In this document: positions 28,212-35,643 of the stretch, in pieces | Numbering within the stretch: the first letter of the stretch is position 1 | How the letters are laid out: each line of letters starts with the position of its first letter | NCBI GenBank assembly: GCA_012519355.1 | Contig: JAAYQJ010000149.1 | Span: forward strand, 1-45,875 | Length of the DNA stretch: 45,875 nucleotides | From: Tissierellia bacterium | Lineage (GTDB): Bacteria; Bacillota; Clostridia; Tissierellales; Tissierellaceae | Direction of reading: 5' to 3' | The notes under the pieces: generated by a model | What the model saw: only the letters and a program-made list of their open reading frames with translations | Database searches by the model: none | Told to the model about the DNA's origin: nothing | Translations under genes and position numbers: made by a program

Positions 28212-29558
28212 TTAAAAAACATGGTTTGCTATAACATTATATACCTTTTCCTTATTTTTTAACCATTCTTCGTAGGAATTTATCTCATTAAAAATTATAT
28301 TGATGTTATTATTTAATGTGTTGATGCTACATTCACATAGGAAGTCAACATCTACATGATCCATGAAGTTATAAGCTATAGCATCCATAATATTTTCTAA
28401 TATCTCATCCTTTTCTACTTCCTTTAGGTCTTTCTCTTCTAATACCAGTTTGATGGATTCATAAAACCTATACCTAATAAAAATGATAAAGCCTTCAAAA
28501 TCTTCTGCCTTATTTCCTCCTTCTATTTCAAATATTATCTTAAAGAATAAATTCCATCTGAAATCCTTATTTATTATTTCTAGAATACTATTACCTACCT
28601 TCCTTGTAAAACAATCATTAAAGGAAAGTGGTCTTTCAAAATCAATATATTTGTTAAAAGATATATCACTTTTACCAATTTCATTTAATCTATTTAATAT
28701 CCTAATAAAGTTTACACTGTAGTTATCAGTTTTCTCTAATCCATCCTTCATAAATATATAATCTACTATAACATCCGTAGATTTTTTGAAATCGATTACA
28801 AACCCCAATTCACGTTTTAATTTAACAATATAAATATCATGAATGATTTTAGATAATAAGGCCTGCAATTGGGCTTTTTTAGTCATTGAATTGCTGGAAT
28901 CCATACCCTTTAAATGGTTGTATACAAGCATTAATTGTCTATCTATCATGGATAAATTGTCTTTAATAGAGGACATTATATCTCTAAAAAAATCTTCAGT
29001 TAACATATAATTATAGTTCTTATAAAGGATTCTATGGTCTATTTCACCCCAAAACACGTTTACTAAGGATTTAATCTGAAGTTCAAAATTAACTGATATA
29101 TGATCCTTTACATATTTTCCATCAATTTTATATATTTCAAAACCGTTTTTTTGTTTTTGAGGTTGCTTAGTCTTCAAATCTAGCATAATATTTGAATTGA
29201 GAGGATTTGTATAATAGCCATCTTCTAATTCTATTTTGAATAATTTTACTATATCATTATATATTTTCTTTTCATCTTCAATAAATCTACATTCAATCCT
29301 AAAACCTATTAAGTCTGATAGATTATTTATTAAGTTCTCCGGGGTCATATATTTTATGTAAAAGTTGTGTCGAAGTATCTTCTCTCTTAAACTCTCAGGC
29401 GATTTAATTCTATAACTAACATTTAAAAAATGATCATTAATAAAAAAACTATCAGTAAAAAACTTCTCTAATGCAGAAGCCACATTATCTATACTTTCTT
29501 TTCTTTCTTCAATGAGGTCTAATGTCTCATCAATAAAGTCAAACAGTTCCAGCTTCAT
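28212..29558 (-). CDS. RelA/SpoT-domain (alarmone-synthetase fold) protein with an uncharacterised C-terminal helical domain of about 250 aa
   Basis: Synthetase-fold motifs YRIKSPESLREKI, DLIGFRIECRF, ELQIKS...FWGEIDHRILYK in the first 190 aa. No hydrolase (HD) domain. Own promoter-like TGATATAAT and AGGGGGA SD. Confidence 0.7.
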   Translation of the reverse strand: MKLELFDFIDETLDLIEERKESIDNVASALEKFFTDSFFINDHFLNVSYRIKSPESLREKILRHNFYIKYMTPENLINNLSDLIGFRIECRFIEDEKKIYNDIVKLFKIELEDGYYTNPLNSNIMLDLKTKQPQKQKNGFEIYKIDGKYVKDHISVNFELQIKSLVNVFWGEIDHRILYKNYNYMLTEDFFRDIMSSIKDNLSMIDRQLMLVYNHLKGMDSSNSMTKKAQLQALLSKIIHDIYIVKLKRELGFVIDFKKSTDVIVDYIFMKDGLEKTDNYSVNFIRILNRLNEIGKSDISFNKYIDFERPLSFNDCFTRKVGNSILEIINKDFRWNLFFKIIFEIEGGNKAEDFEGFIIFIRYRFYESIKLVLEEKDLKEVEKDEILENIMDAIAYNFMDHVDVDFLCECSINTLNNNINIIFNEINSYEEWLKNKEKVYNVIANHVF

Positions 29559-29636
29559 TATTCATCCCCCTAGACAATATAATAATACTCCCACCCTAAA
29601 TTATATCATAAATATAGGAGGAATATTAAAAAGAAA

Positions 29637-29659
29637 AGAGAAATCATATAGATTTCTCT
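29637..29659 (-). terminator. rho-independent terminator after nqrF
   Basis: 9-bp stem agagaaatc / gatttctct with a 5-nt loop; minus-strand tail TTTCTTTTT; overlaps the nqrF TAG. Confidence 0.7.
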
Positions 29660-30761
29660 AATCAAATTTATCGAAGTAAATTAGTTCTTCTGATAAACCT
29701 TTTGCAGTTAAAGCTGTAACCATTGTATCTATCATGGCCTTATTGCCGCAGAGATAGGCTTCCTTATATTCACCGTTTTCTAAATATTTATCTATAACAA
29801 CATTTACCCTACCTCTTTCTCCTTGCCAATTATGTTCTTCTGTAGCCCTAGTAAGGGTAGGAATATATTTAAAATCAAACATGGTTTCTTCCAATTCCTT
29901 AAAGAAATCCGTCATCATTAGATCATCAGGAGTTCTGGCCCCGAAGTAAAAAGTTGCCTTCCTATTGATATTCTTTTCCTTCATATATCTTAGTATTGAA
30001 AGAATTGGAGCTATACCTGTACCTGCAGCTACTAATACTATCTCCCTATCACTATCTTCTTGGAAATAAAAGTCACCATAAGGACCATTTATCTGTACTG
30101 TATCTCCAACTTTTAAGTGTTTGTGTACATAGGTAGTACAAATACCATTAGGTACATATCCAATAAATAATTCTATATGATCTTTATCATAGGGTGATGA
30201 AGCTATTGAATAAGCTCTATAAACCTCCTCGTCGTTGCCTTCATAAATAGGAGCCTTTAATTGTATAAACTGCCCCGGCTTAAAGCTTATATCCTCTCCT
30301 TCCGGTAGTTTAAGCTTCAATCTCTTAATTACTGATGTGACATCTTCCATTTCTTCAACAACTGCAGCAAATTCCTTTACATTAAATAGCTCCTCAGGTA
30401 TTTCTATTTTTATATTTTCTTTTACCTTACACTGACATGAAAGTCTAACCCCTTTTTCTATTTCCTCATCTGACATAAAGGGAGTTTCTGTGGATAGAAT
30501 TGGTCCTCCTCCTTCTAAAACTCTAACCTTACAATATCCACATGTACCCTTCCCACCACATGCAGAGGGAATGAATATCTTTTCATCTATTAAAGTAGAT
30601 AAGAGGGACGACCCTCCTTGAACAGTATACTCCTTATCCTCATTAATTATTATGCTTACTTCTCCATAATTACCTATTGTTCTATCAGCCAAGGTAAGCA
30701 AAAAGGCAAATATAGCAGAAATCCCAGATATAGCAACTGTAGTAATAATTATTTCGTTCAT
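29658..30761 (-). CDS. nqrF: NqrF-type NADH-oxidising subunit (TM helix, 2Fe-2S ferredoxin, FAD/NAD-binding domain)
   Basis: N-terminal helix; SACGGKGTCGYCKV...C 2Fe-2S motif; RAYSIAS FAD motif; AAGTGIAP NAD motif. 367 aa, shorter than Vibrio NqrF. Confidence 0.85.
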   Translation of the reverse strand: MNEIIITTVAISGISAIFAFLLTLADRTIGNYGEVSIIINEDKEYTVQGGSSLLSTLIDEKIFIPSACGGKGTCGYCKVRVLEGGGPILSTETPFMSDEEIEKGVRLSCQCKVKENIKIEIPEELFNVKEFAAVVEEMEDVTSVIKRLKLKLPEGEDISFKPGQFIQLKAPIYEGNDEEVYRAYSIASSPYDKDHIELFIGYVPNGICTTYVHKHLKVGDTVQINGPYGDFYFQEDSDREIVLVAAGTGIAPILSILRYMKEKNINRKATFYFGARTPDDLMMTDFFKELEETMFDFKYIPTLTRATEEHNWQGERGRVNVVIDKYLENGEYKEAYLCGNKAMIDTMVTALTAKGLSEELIYFDKFD

Positions 30762-30773
30762 ATTGGCCCCCCC

Positions 30774-31364
30774 TTATTGTATCTGAACTATGCCAGAAAA
30801 GCCTACAAAAGCTAAGGCCATAAGTCCAGTTATAATTAAACTAATACCTGCCCCTTCTAACCCCTTAGGTATTGATGCTTTCTTTAATTTTTGGCGGATT
30901 CCAGCCAAGGCTACTATGGCTAAAGTCCATCCTATTCCTGAACCTATACTAAATCCTATTGATTGAAGGAAATTATATTTACGAATAATCATAAATAAGG
31001 AAACTCCTAGAATAGCACAGTTAACAGTTATTAGGGGTAAAAATATTCCTAAAGCATAGTATAAATTTGGTAAGTATCTCTCTACTATCATCTCCAATAA
31101 TTGTACAAAGGCTGCAATACTAATTATAAATACTATAAATCTCAGATATTCTAGATTCAAAGGTACCAATACATAATGATATATTAAGTAATTAATAATT
31201 GTAGTACAGGCTAGTACAAAAGTAACTGCCTGACCTAAACCTAATGAAGTAGGAATTTCTTTTGATACAGCAATATAAGAGCACATACCCAAGAAATTGC
31301 TAAATATCATATTGTTAGTAAATATGGCTGCAAAGAAAATAACCATTGGATTAAGTTCAATCAT
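30774..31364 (-). CDS. nqrE: NqrE/RnfA-family membrane subunit
   Basis: FLGMCSYIAVSK and LGIFLPLITVNCAI, both Fe-ligand Cys retained; GSGIGWTLAIVALAGIR. Confidence 0.85.
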   Translation of the reverse strand: MIELNPMVIFFAAIFTNNMIFSNFLGMCSYIAVSKEIPTSLGLGQAVTFVLACTTIINYLIYHYVLVPLNLEYLRFIVFIISIAAFVQLLEMIVERYLPNLYYALGIFLPLITVNCAILGVSLFMIIRKYNFLQSIGFSIGSGIGWTLAIVALAGIRQKLKKASIPKGLEGAGISLIITGLMALAFVGFSGIVQIQ

Positions 31365-31987
31365 GATTTAGCCACCTCACCTTTCTTTTCTTCTTTATCC
31401 TTTTCTTGGATACTCTTCGTTATCCAAATAATAACTGCTAATATGAAAAAAGCAGCTGGTGGCATTATCATTATGGTCCAAGATGTCCACCAGTCACCTA
31501 GAACCCTGATACCAAAAATAGTTCCAAATCCAAAAAGCTCCCTAACAAAGGCAATCAATAATAGGACTATTGTATAGCCTAAACCCGAAGCCACTCCATC
31601 TAAAAAAGCTGGGATTGGTGGATTTTGCTGGGCATAGGCTTCTGCCCTACCCATTATTATACAATTGGTAATTATTAAGCCTACATAAGGTCCAAGAGCT
31701 TTGCTCATCTCAGGCATGTAAGCTTGCAAAAATATATCAACTATAATTACATAGGCTGCTATTATAAGTACTTGAACCATCATTCTAATATGTTTAGGTG
31801 TAAAGTTTCTAATTAATGACACTGTAAATGAAGATAAACCTGTTACAAACATCAAGCCTACTCCCATAATTAATGAATTCATCATTACATTAGTAACAGC
31901 CAAAGCTGAACAAATACCTATTATTTGAACTAGTACAGGGTTATCCTTCCATACACCCATCTCAAAAATCTTTTTTGGGCTATCCAT
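31361..31987 (-). CDS. nqrD: NqrD/RnfE-family membrane subunit
   Basis: GICSALAV and GLIITNCIIMGRAEA, both Cys retained; LIRN and FVRELFG motifs; 4-nt overlap with nqrE. Confidence 0.85.
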   Translation of the reverse strand: MDSPKKIFEMGVWKDNPVLVQIIGICSALAVTNVMMNSLIMGVGLMFVTGLSSFTVSLIRNFTPKHIRMMVQVLIIAAYVIIVDIFLQAYMPEMSKALGPYVGLIITNCIIMGRAEAYAQQNPPIPAFLDGVASGLGYTIVLLLIAFVRELFGFGTIFGIRVLGDWWTSWTIMIMPPAAFFILAVIIWITKSIQEKDKEEKKGEVAKS

Positions 31988-32592
31988 TAATTATTCCCCC
32001 TTCCTTTCAAGAACTTATCTAAATCTTCGTTGATGAAATTACTAACTGATTTAGAAGTTAATGTAGCTCCAGCTATAGCATCTACATTACCACCAGGGGC
32101 TGGCCTGTATATGATGTAATTTCCATCTCTTGCCTTAGTTAAATCTAAACCCCTAAACTGTTCTTTAAAATCATCTTCAGAAATTCTCCCACCTAGTCCT
32201 GGGGTCTCACTGTGGGATATGAAGTCCAACCCAAGAATGATTGAATAATCATGGGAAACTCCTATATAAGCTTCTACACTTCCCCAAAGACCTGGTCCAC
32301 CAACAGGTACTGCATAGCCTAAGATTTCACCATCATCTCCATAATATACATATATAAAATTATCTTCATAGGCCATGGTACCAATACTCTCTTCAAAAGC
32401 TCTTAAAACATCTGCTGGTTCCTCTGATTGAGGTTCTATATTGAATATATACAATATTTTCCTACTCAACTCTAATTCCTTGTTTAAGGCTATCCTCTCC
32501 GCAGTACTATGATTTAGAAATGCTAGTACAAAGGTGAATATGGCAGTTACTACAATCATAAAGATTATTGGAAAAATAAAAGATTTTTTCAT
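31987..32592 (-). CDS. nqrC: NqrC/RnfG-family FMN-binding subunit
   Basis: N-terminal TM anchor, ETPGLGGRI, flavinylation motif DAIAGATLTS. 201 aa, which is RnfG-sized. Confidence 0.8.
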   Translation of the reverse strand: MKKSFIFPIIFMIVVTAIFTFVLAFLNHSTAERIALNKELELSRKILYIFNIEPQSEEPADVLRAFEESIGTMAYEDNFIYVYYGDDGEILGYAVPVGGPGLWGSVEAYIGVSHDYSIILGLDFISHSETPGLGGRISEDDFKEQFRGLDLTKARDGNYIIYRPAPGGNVDAIAGATLTSKSVSNFINEDLDKFLKGRGNN

Positions 32593-33572
32593 ATTGCCAC
32601 CTCTTCTTTTTTCGCTTTTAGCTCCTTTTTATACCTCTTATAGGCATTGACTCCTTCATCCATAATTGGAACAAAGGTATTAGCTATAAGAATGGCAAAC
32701 ATCATTCCACCTGCAAATAATGCGTACCCTCGGATTATGACTGTAACAATACCAATTAATATTCCATAAATCCACTTGGCCTCCTTAGTCTTAGGCGCTG
32801 TTATTGGATCTGTTGCCATGAAGACAGCACCAAATAATAAACCGCCTGCAAAAATACCAAAAATCGGATTTGGTATTTGGCTAACACCTAAGGCATATAA
32901 GCTACCACTTAAAGCTGTAAATCCAATAATAACACCAGCCATAATCTGCCATGAGGCAACCTTCTTATAGATTAAGTAAATTCCTGCAAGGATTATTAAT
33001 ATGGCTGATGTTTCACCTAAGGAACCTGTAACATTTCCTAAAACTAAATCCATCATAGAAGTTAGATTTCCAGTATCCCTAAATATAAGCATTGGAGTTG
33101 CTTGAGATACTGCATCGATACCTTCGGTAATGTAGGCTGCAAATCCTCCTGGAAACCCTACAGCTGACTTTGACCATTCAATAGTAAGTGGCGCAGGAAA
33201 GCATACATATACAAATGCCCTAGCAACTAAGGCAGGGTTGAATACATTTTTCCCAAATCCACCAAATACTTCCTTCCCGAAAAAAATGCCAAATATAATC
33301 CCTATGGCTGCAATCCAAAGTGGTGTAGATGGTGGTAGAGTCATTGTATAAAGAATGCAAGAAACAAAAACTGCCTCTGAAACTTTTCTATTGTATTTTT
33401 TTTCAAACATCCATTCAGTAGTCAAACCTGCAATGGTTACGACCACTAGCAAGACTAATGCCCTCCAACCAAAAAAATAGATTGAAGCTATTATTATTGG
33501 TATTAAAGATAATATCACTGAACGCATCATCTTTTGCTTCATAAAATTCTTTTTATAGTTATCCCCTAACAA
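32589..33572 (-). CDS. nqrB: NqrB/RnfD-family membrane subunit
   Basis: GKEVFGGFGKNVFNPALVARAF, flavinylation-like DAVSQAT, FMATDP. TTG start 5 nt after GGAGGTG. 327 aa, so it lacks the long NqrB N-terminal extension. Confidence 0.8.
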   Translation of the reverse strand: MLGDNYKKNFMKQKMMRSVILSLIPIIIASIYFFGWRALVLLVVVTIAGLTTEWMFEKKYNRKVSEAVFVSCILYTMTLPPSTPLWIAAIGIIFGIFFGKEVFGGFGKNVFNPALVARAFVYVCFPAPLTIEWSKSAVGFPGGFAAYITEGIDAVSQATPMLIFRDTGNLTSMMDLVLGNVTGSLGETSAILIILAGIYLIYKKVASWQIMAGVIIGFTALSGSLYALGVSQIPNPIFGIFAGGLLFGAVFMATDPITAPKTKEAKWIYGILIGIVTVIIRGYALFAGGMMFAILIANTFVPIMDEGVNAYKRYKKELKAKKEEVAI

Positions 33573-33706
33573 AATAACACCTCCGTTTAATATATTGAAT
33601 TATTAATATGTTAGTATGATATATTCCCAATAATCCTTTAAAATAACATTTATTAATAAGTTATAATCATATATAGGTACTTATGTCTAAAATTTACAAA
33701 AAAAAA

Positions 33707-33726
33707 GAAAGGATATTTATCCTTTC
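33707..33726 (-). terminator. second (strong) terminator after csp
   Basis: Stem gaaaggat / atcctttc followed by a 9-T run on the minus strand. Confidence 0.75.
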
Positions 33727-33740
33727 GAAAAATATTAAAA

Positions 33741-33764
33741 CCCCTTAAAGATGACTTTAAGGGG
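33741..33764 (-). terminator. first terminator after csp
   Basis: 10-bp stem ccccttaaag / ctttaagggg with a 4-nt loop, then TTTT on the minus strand. Confidence 0.7.
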
Positions 33765-33780
33765 TAGTTGGTTTCCAATA

Positions 33781-33978
33781 CTATAGAATATTGATATTTT
33801 CTGCTTGTAGACCTTTAGCGCCTTCTACAACATTAAATTCTACTTCTTGACCTTCTTCTAAAGTTTTGAATCCTTCTTTGTTGATTTGGGAGAAGTGAGC
33901 GAATACATCGTTTCCTTCTTCTGTAGTAATAAATCCAAATCCTTTTTCTGCATTAAACCATTTTACTGTACCTTTCAT
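33781..33978 (-). CDS. cspA: cold-shock protein (CspA family)
   Basis: KGFGFI (RNP1) and VFAHF (RNP2) motifs; 65 aa. Confidence 0.95.
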   Translation of the reverse strand: MKGTVKWFNAEKGFGFITTEEGNDVFAHFSQINKEGFKTLEEGQEVEFNVVEGAKGLQAENINIL

Positions 33979-34153
33979 TGCATATACCTCCGAAATTTTA
34001 TTGCTTTAATTCTCTGAAATAATACTGACAATAAAATTTCTTGACATATGCAGATATAAATCTGTACTTCTAGAAACTATTGTGCGCTGATTATTTACTT
34101 CCGAATTAAAGCTTCATCATAATATTATCATACTATTATATATAATGCAACAA
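33979..34153 (-). promoter_or_regulatory. csp promoter candidate and long structured 5' leader
   Basis: Candidate TTGTTG (34148-34153), 18 nt, GATAAT (34124-34129). A leader of about 135 nt contains a 10-bp long-range pairing (34103-34112 with 34003-34012). Confidence 0.45.
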
Positions 34154-34350
34154 AATTTTCTAACTTTTTTCTACTATTACATGGTATTATTGTTTAATTT
34201 TCAAAATTTTAAAAGTAGTATTATTTTGCACTATTTATATTTATTTTATAATTAATTGGGTAAAATTATACTATATTTGATATAATAGATATGGTTACAA
34301 GTTATATTGTTTATATCAATATACTATTATTATATATTTGGAGGGATTTT

Positions 34351-34848
34351 ATGCATACTATGATTAAAAAATATGTAGATCAAGGCTTTATGACTGAAGC
34401 TGAAGGAAAATACATTCATGAAGCAATTGAAAGAAAAGAATCAGTTGTAGTTTCAGGCCATAGATCTGCAGGTATTAGGCCATTAATGGCTGCACTGATG
34501 GCGGTAGCAAAGGGTGGTTATAATGCAGTTCAAGTTAAAGGATTTGAAGATTTAGACAAGGATACAGAATATTTCCTTATTCCAGGTATTGACAATTTGG
34601 ATTTTGAAAAGCTTATCTTTGAAGCAATGAAAAAACCTAATACTTCCTTTGTTACTTTGAAAGAACCAGAACATCCATATTCTATCCTAAAGTTATTGAG
34701 AGATGTTTACAAGGAAACTGGAGATACTTCAAAGGTCTATCAAGTATTAGAATGCTCAAAAATTGATGATGTACCTAAGCTAACTAAGATCACAAGAATG
34801 GCTTTAAACGAAAAAGGCAGAGTTGTTAAAGAAGACTTTCAAGAATAA
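34351..34848 (+). CDS. hypothetical protein (165 aa) with a degenerate secretion-ATPase-like P-loop region
   Basis: GGAGGG SD 5 nt before the ATG at 34351; the ORF-track start at 34291 lacks an SD. ESVVVSGHRSAGIRPLMAAL sits where VirB11/CpaF-type ATPases have the Walker A. Confidence 0.5.
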   Translation: MHTMIKKYVDQGFMTEAEGKYIHEAIERKESVVVSGHRSAGIRPLMAALMAVAKGGYNAVQVKGFEDLDKDTEYFLIPGIDNLDFEKLIFEAMKKPNTSFVTLKEPEHPYSILKLLRDVYKETGDTSKVYQVLECSKIDDVPKLTKITRMALNEKGRVVKEDFQE

Positions 34849-34887
34849 TAATACCGCTTATGGGCTTTAACCATAAGCGGTATTATT
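34847..34887. terminator. bidirectional terminator (17-bp perfect stem) spanning both convergent stop codons
   Basis: aataataccgcttatgg / ccataagcggtattatt with a 7-nt loop. Confidence 0.8.
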
Positions 34888-35620
34888 ATTCCCATATAGT
34901 TATGCCCATGGCATGGTTTTCCTCTGAATCCTTATTGACTACACTATGGTAAAAAACTTTCTTATTATTAATATTAATCTCACTAAGTCCAGATTTTATA
35001 GTATTCCCATATTTTATCTCTTTTTTATAAGTAATTTCAAATTCTTTTAACAAATGGCTATTGTATGTTGCCTCTGGAACTGCTTCTATCATCCAATCTA
35101 AATAGATTGTGTTATTTACATGATTATTATAGTCTATGTCTGACCTCCTAACATGAAAATCCAGATAATCATCAATATTGATTTTTTCTCTAAAATCATA
35201 AAAATCATCAAAAGCTTTTTCATCAACTACTTTATAAGCAATTTGCAATTCTTTAGGTATTCTAATAGGTCTTTTCTTATTTATATCAACAAAAATCCAA
35301 AGTGTTGAAGCTTTGCCTATTACTTTTTCCTTTTCATCATAGACTAAAAACTCCCTATTGGCATAAAACCTATCTATGCTAGATGTCCAGGTTTCAATTA
35401 TAATTTTTTCCTTAGCCTTTGGATATTTGTCAATCCTTACCTTCCACCTATTTAGCATCCAAGCATAGTTTAAGTCTTCCAATTCTCTAATTTTTACAAC
35501 CGAATTACTATGTTCACCAGATGTTTCACCCAAAAGATTTAAAAGGGAAACAGGTCGTAATTTTTTGTTTTTATCAGTTTCGTAATATGATATTTCAAAG
35601 GATTTCTTAAACTTAGACAA
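34886..35620 (-). CDS. acyl-ACP thioesterase
   Basis: Double hot-dog architecture; YYETD... N-terminal half and DYNNHVNN catalytic region in the second half. Confidence 0.8.
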   Translation of the reverse strand: MSKFKKSFEISYYETDKNKKLRPVSLLNLLGETSGEHSNSVVKIRELEDLNYAWMLNRWKVRIDKYPKAKEKIIIETWTSSIDRFYANREFLVYDEKEKVIGKASTLWIFVDINKKRPIRIPKELQIAYKVVDEKAFDDFYDFREKINIDDYLDFHVRRSDIDYNNHVNNTIYLDWMIEAVPEATYNSHLLKEFEITYKKEIKYGNTIKSGLSEININNKKVFYHSVVNKDSEENHAMGITIWE

Positions 35621-35643
35621 ATATAACTACCCCCTTCTTATAA

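Noticed and set aside
29658-33572. Annotating the five-gene cluster as a conventional Rnf complex.
   Set aside because: No RnfC or RnfB is present. The terminal gene is an NqrF-type 2Fe-2S/FAD/NADH protein. The B and C motifs (KEVFGG..RAF, GATLTS) look Nqr-like. Subunit sizes are Rnf-like, however, so the ambiguity is reported as a finding.
33683-33748. A 21-codon ORF (MSKIYKKKERIFILSKNIKTP) in the csp-nqr spacer.
   Set aside because: It has no SD, and it runs through two terminator hairpins that belong to the opposite strand. It is almost certainly non-coding.
34291-34350. The 20-codon N-terminal extension of the 34291-34848 ORF.
   Set aside because: There is no SD before 34291 and the extension is low-complexity. 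The ATG at 34351 has a GGAGGG SD at proper spacing.
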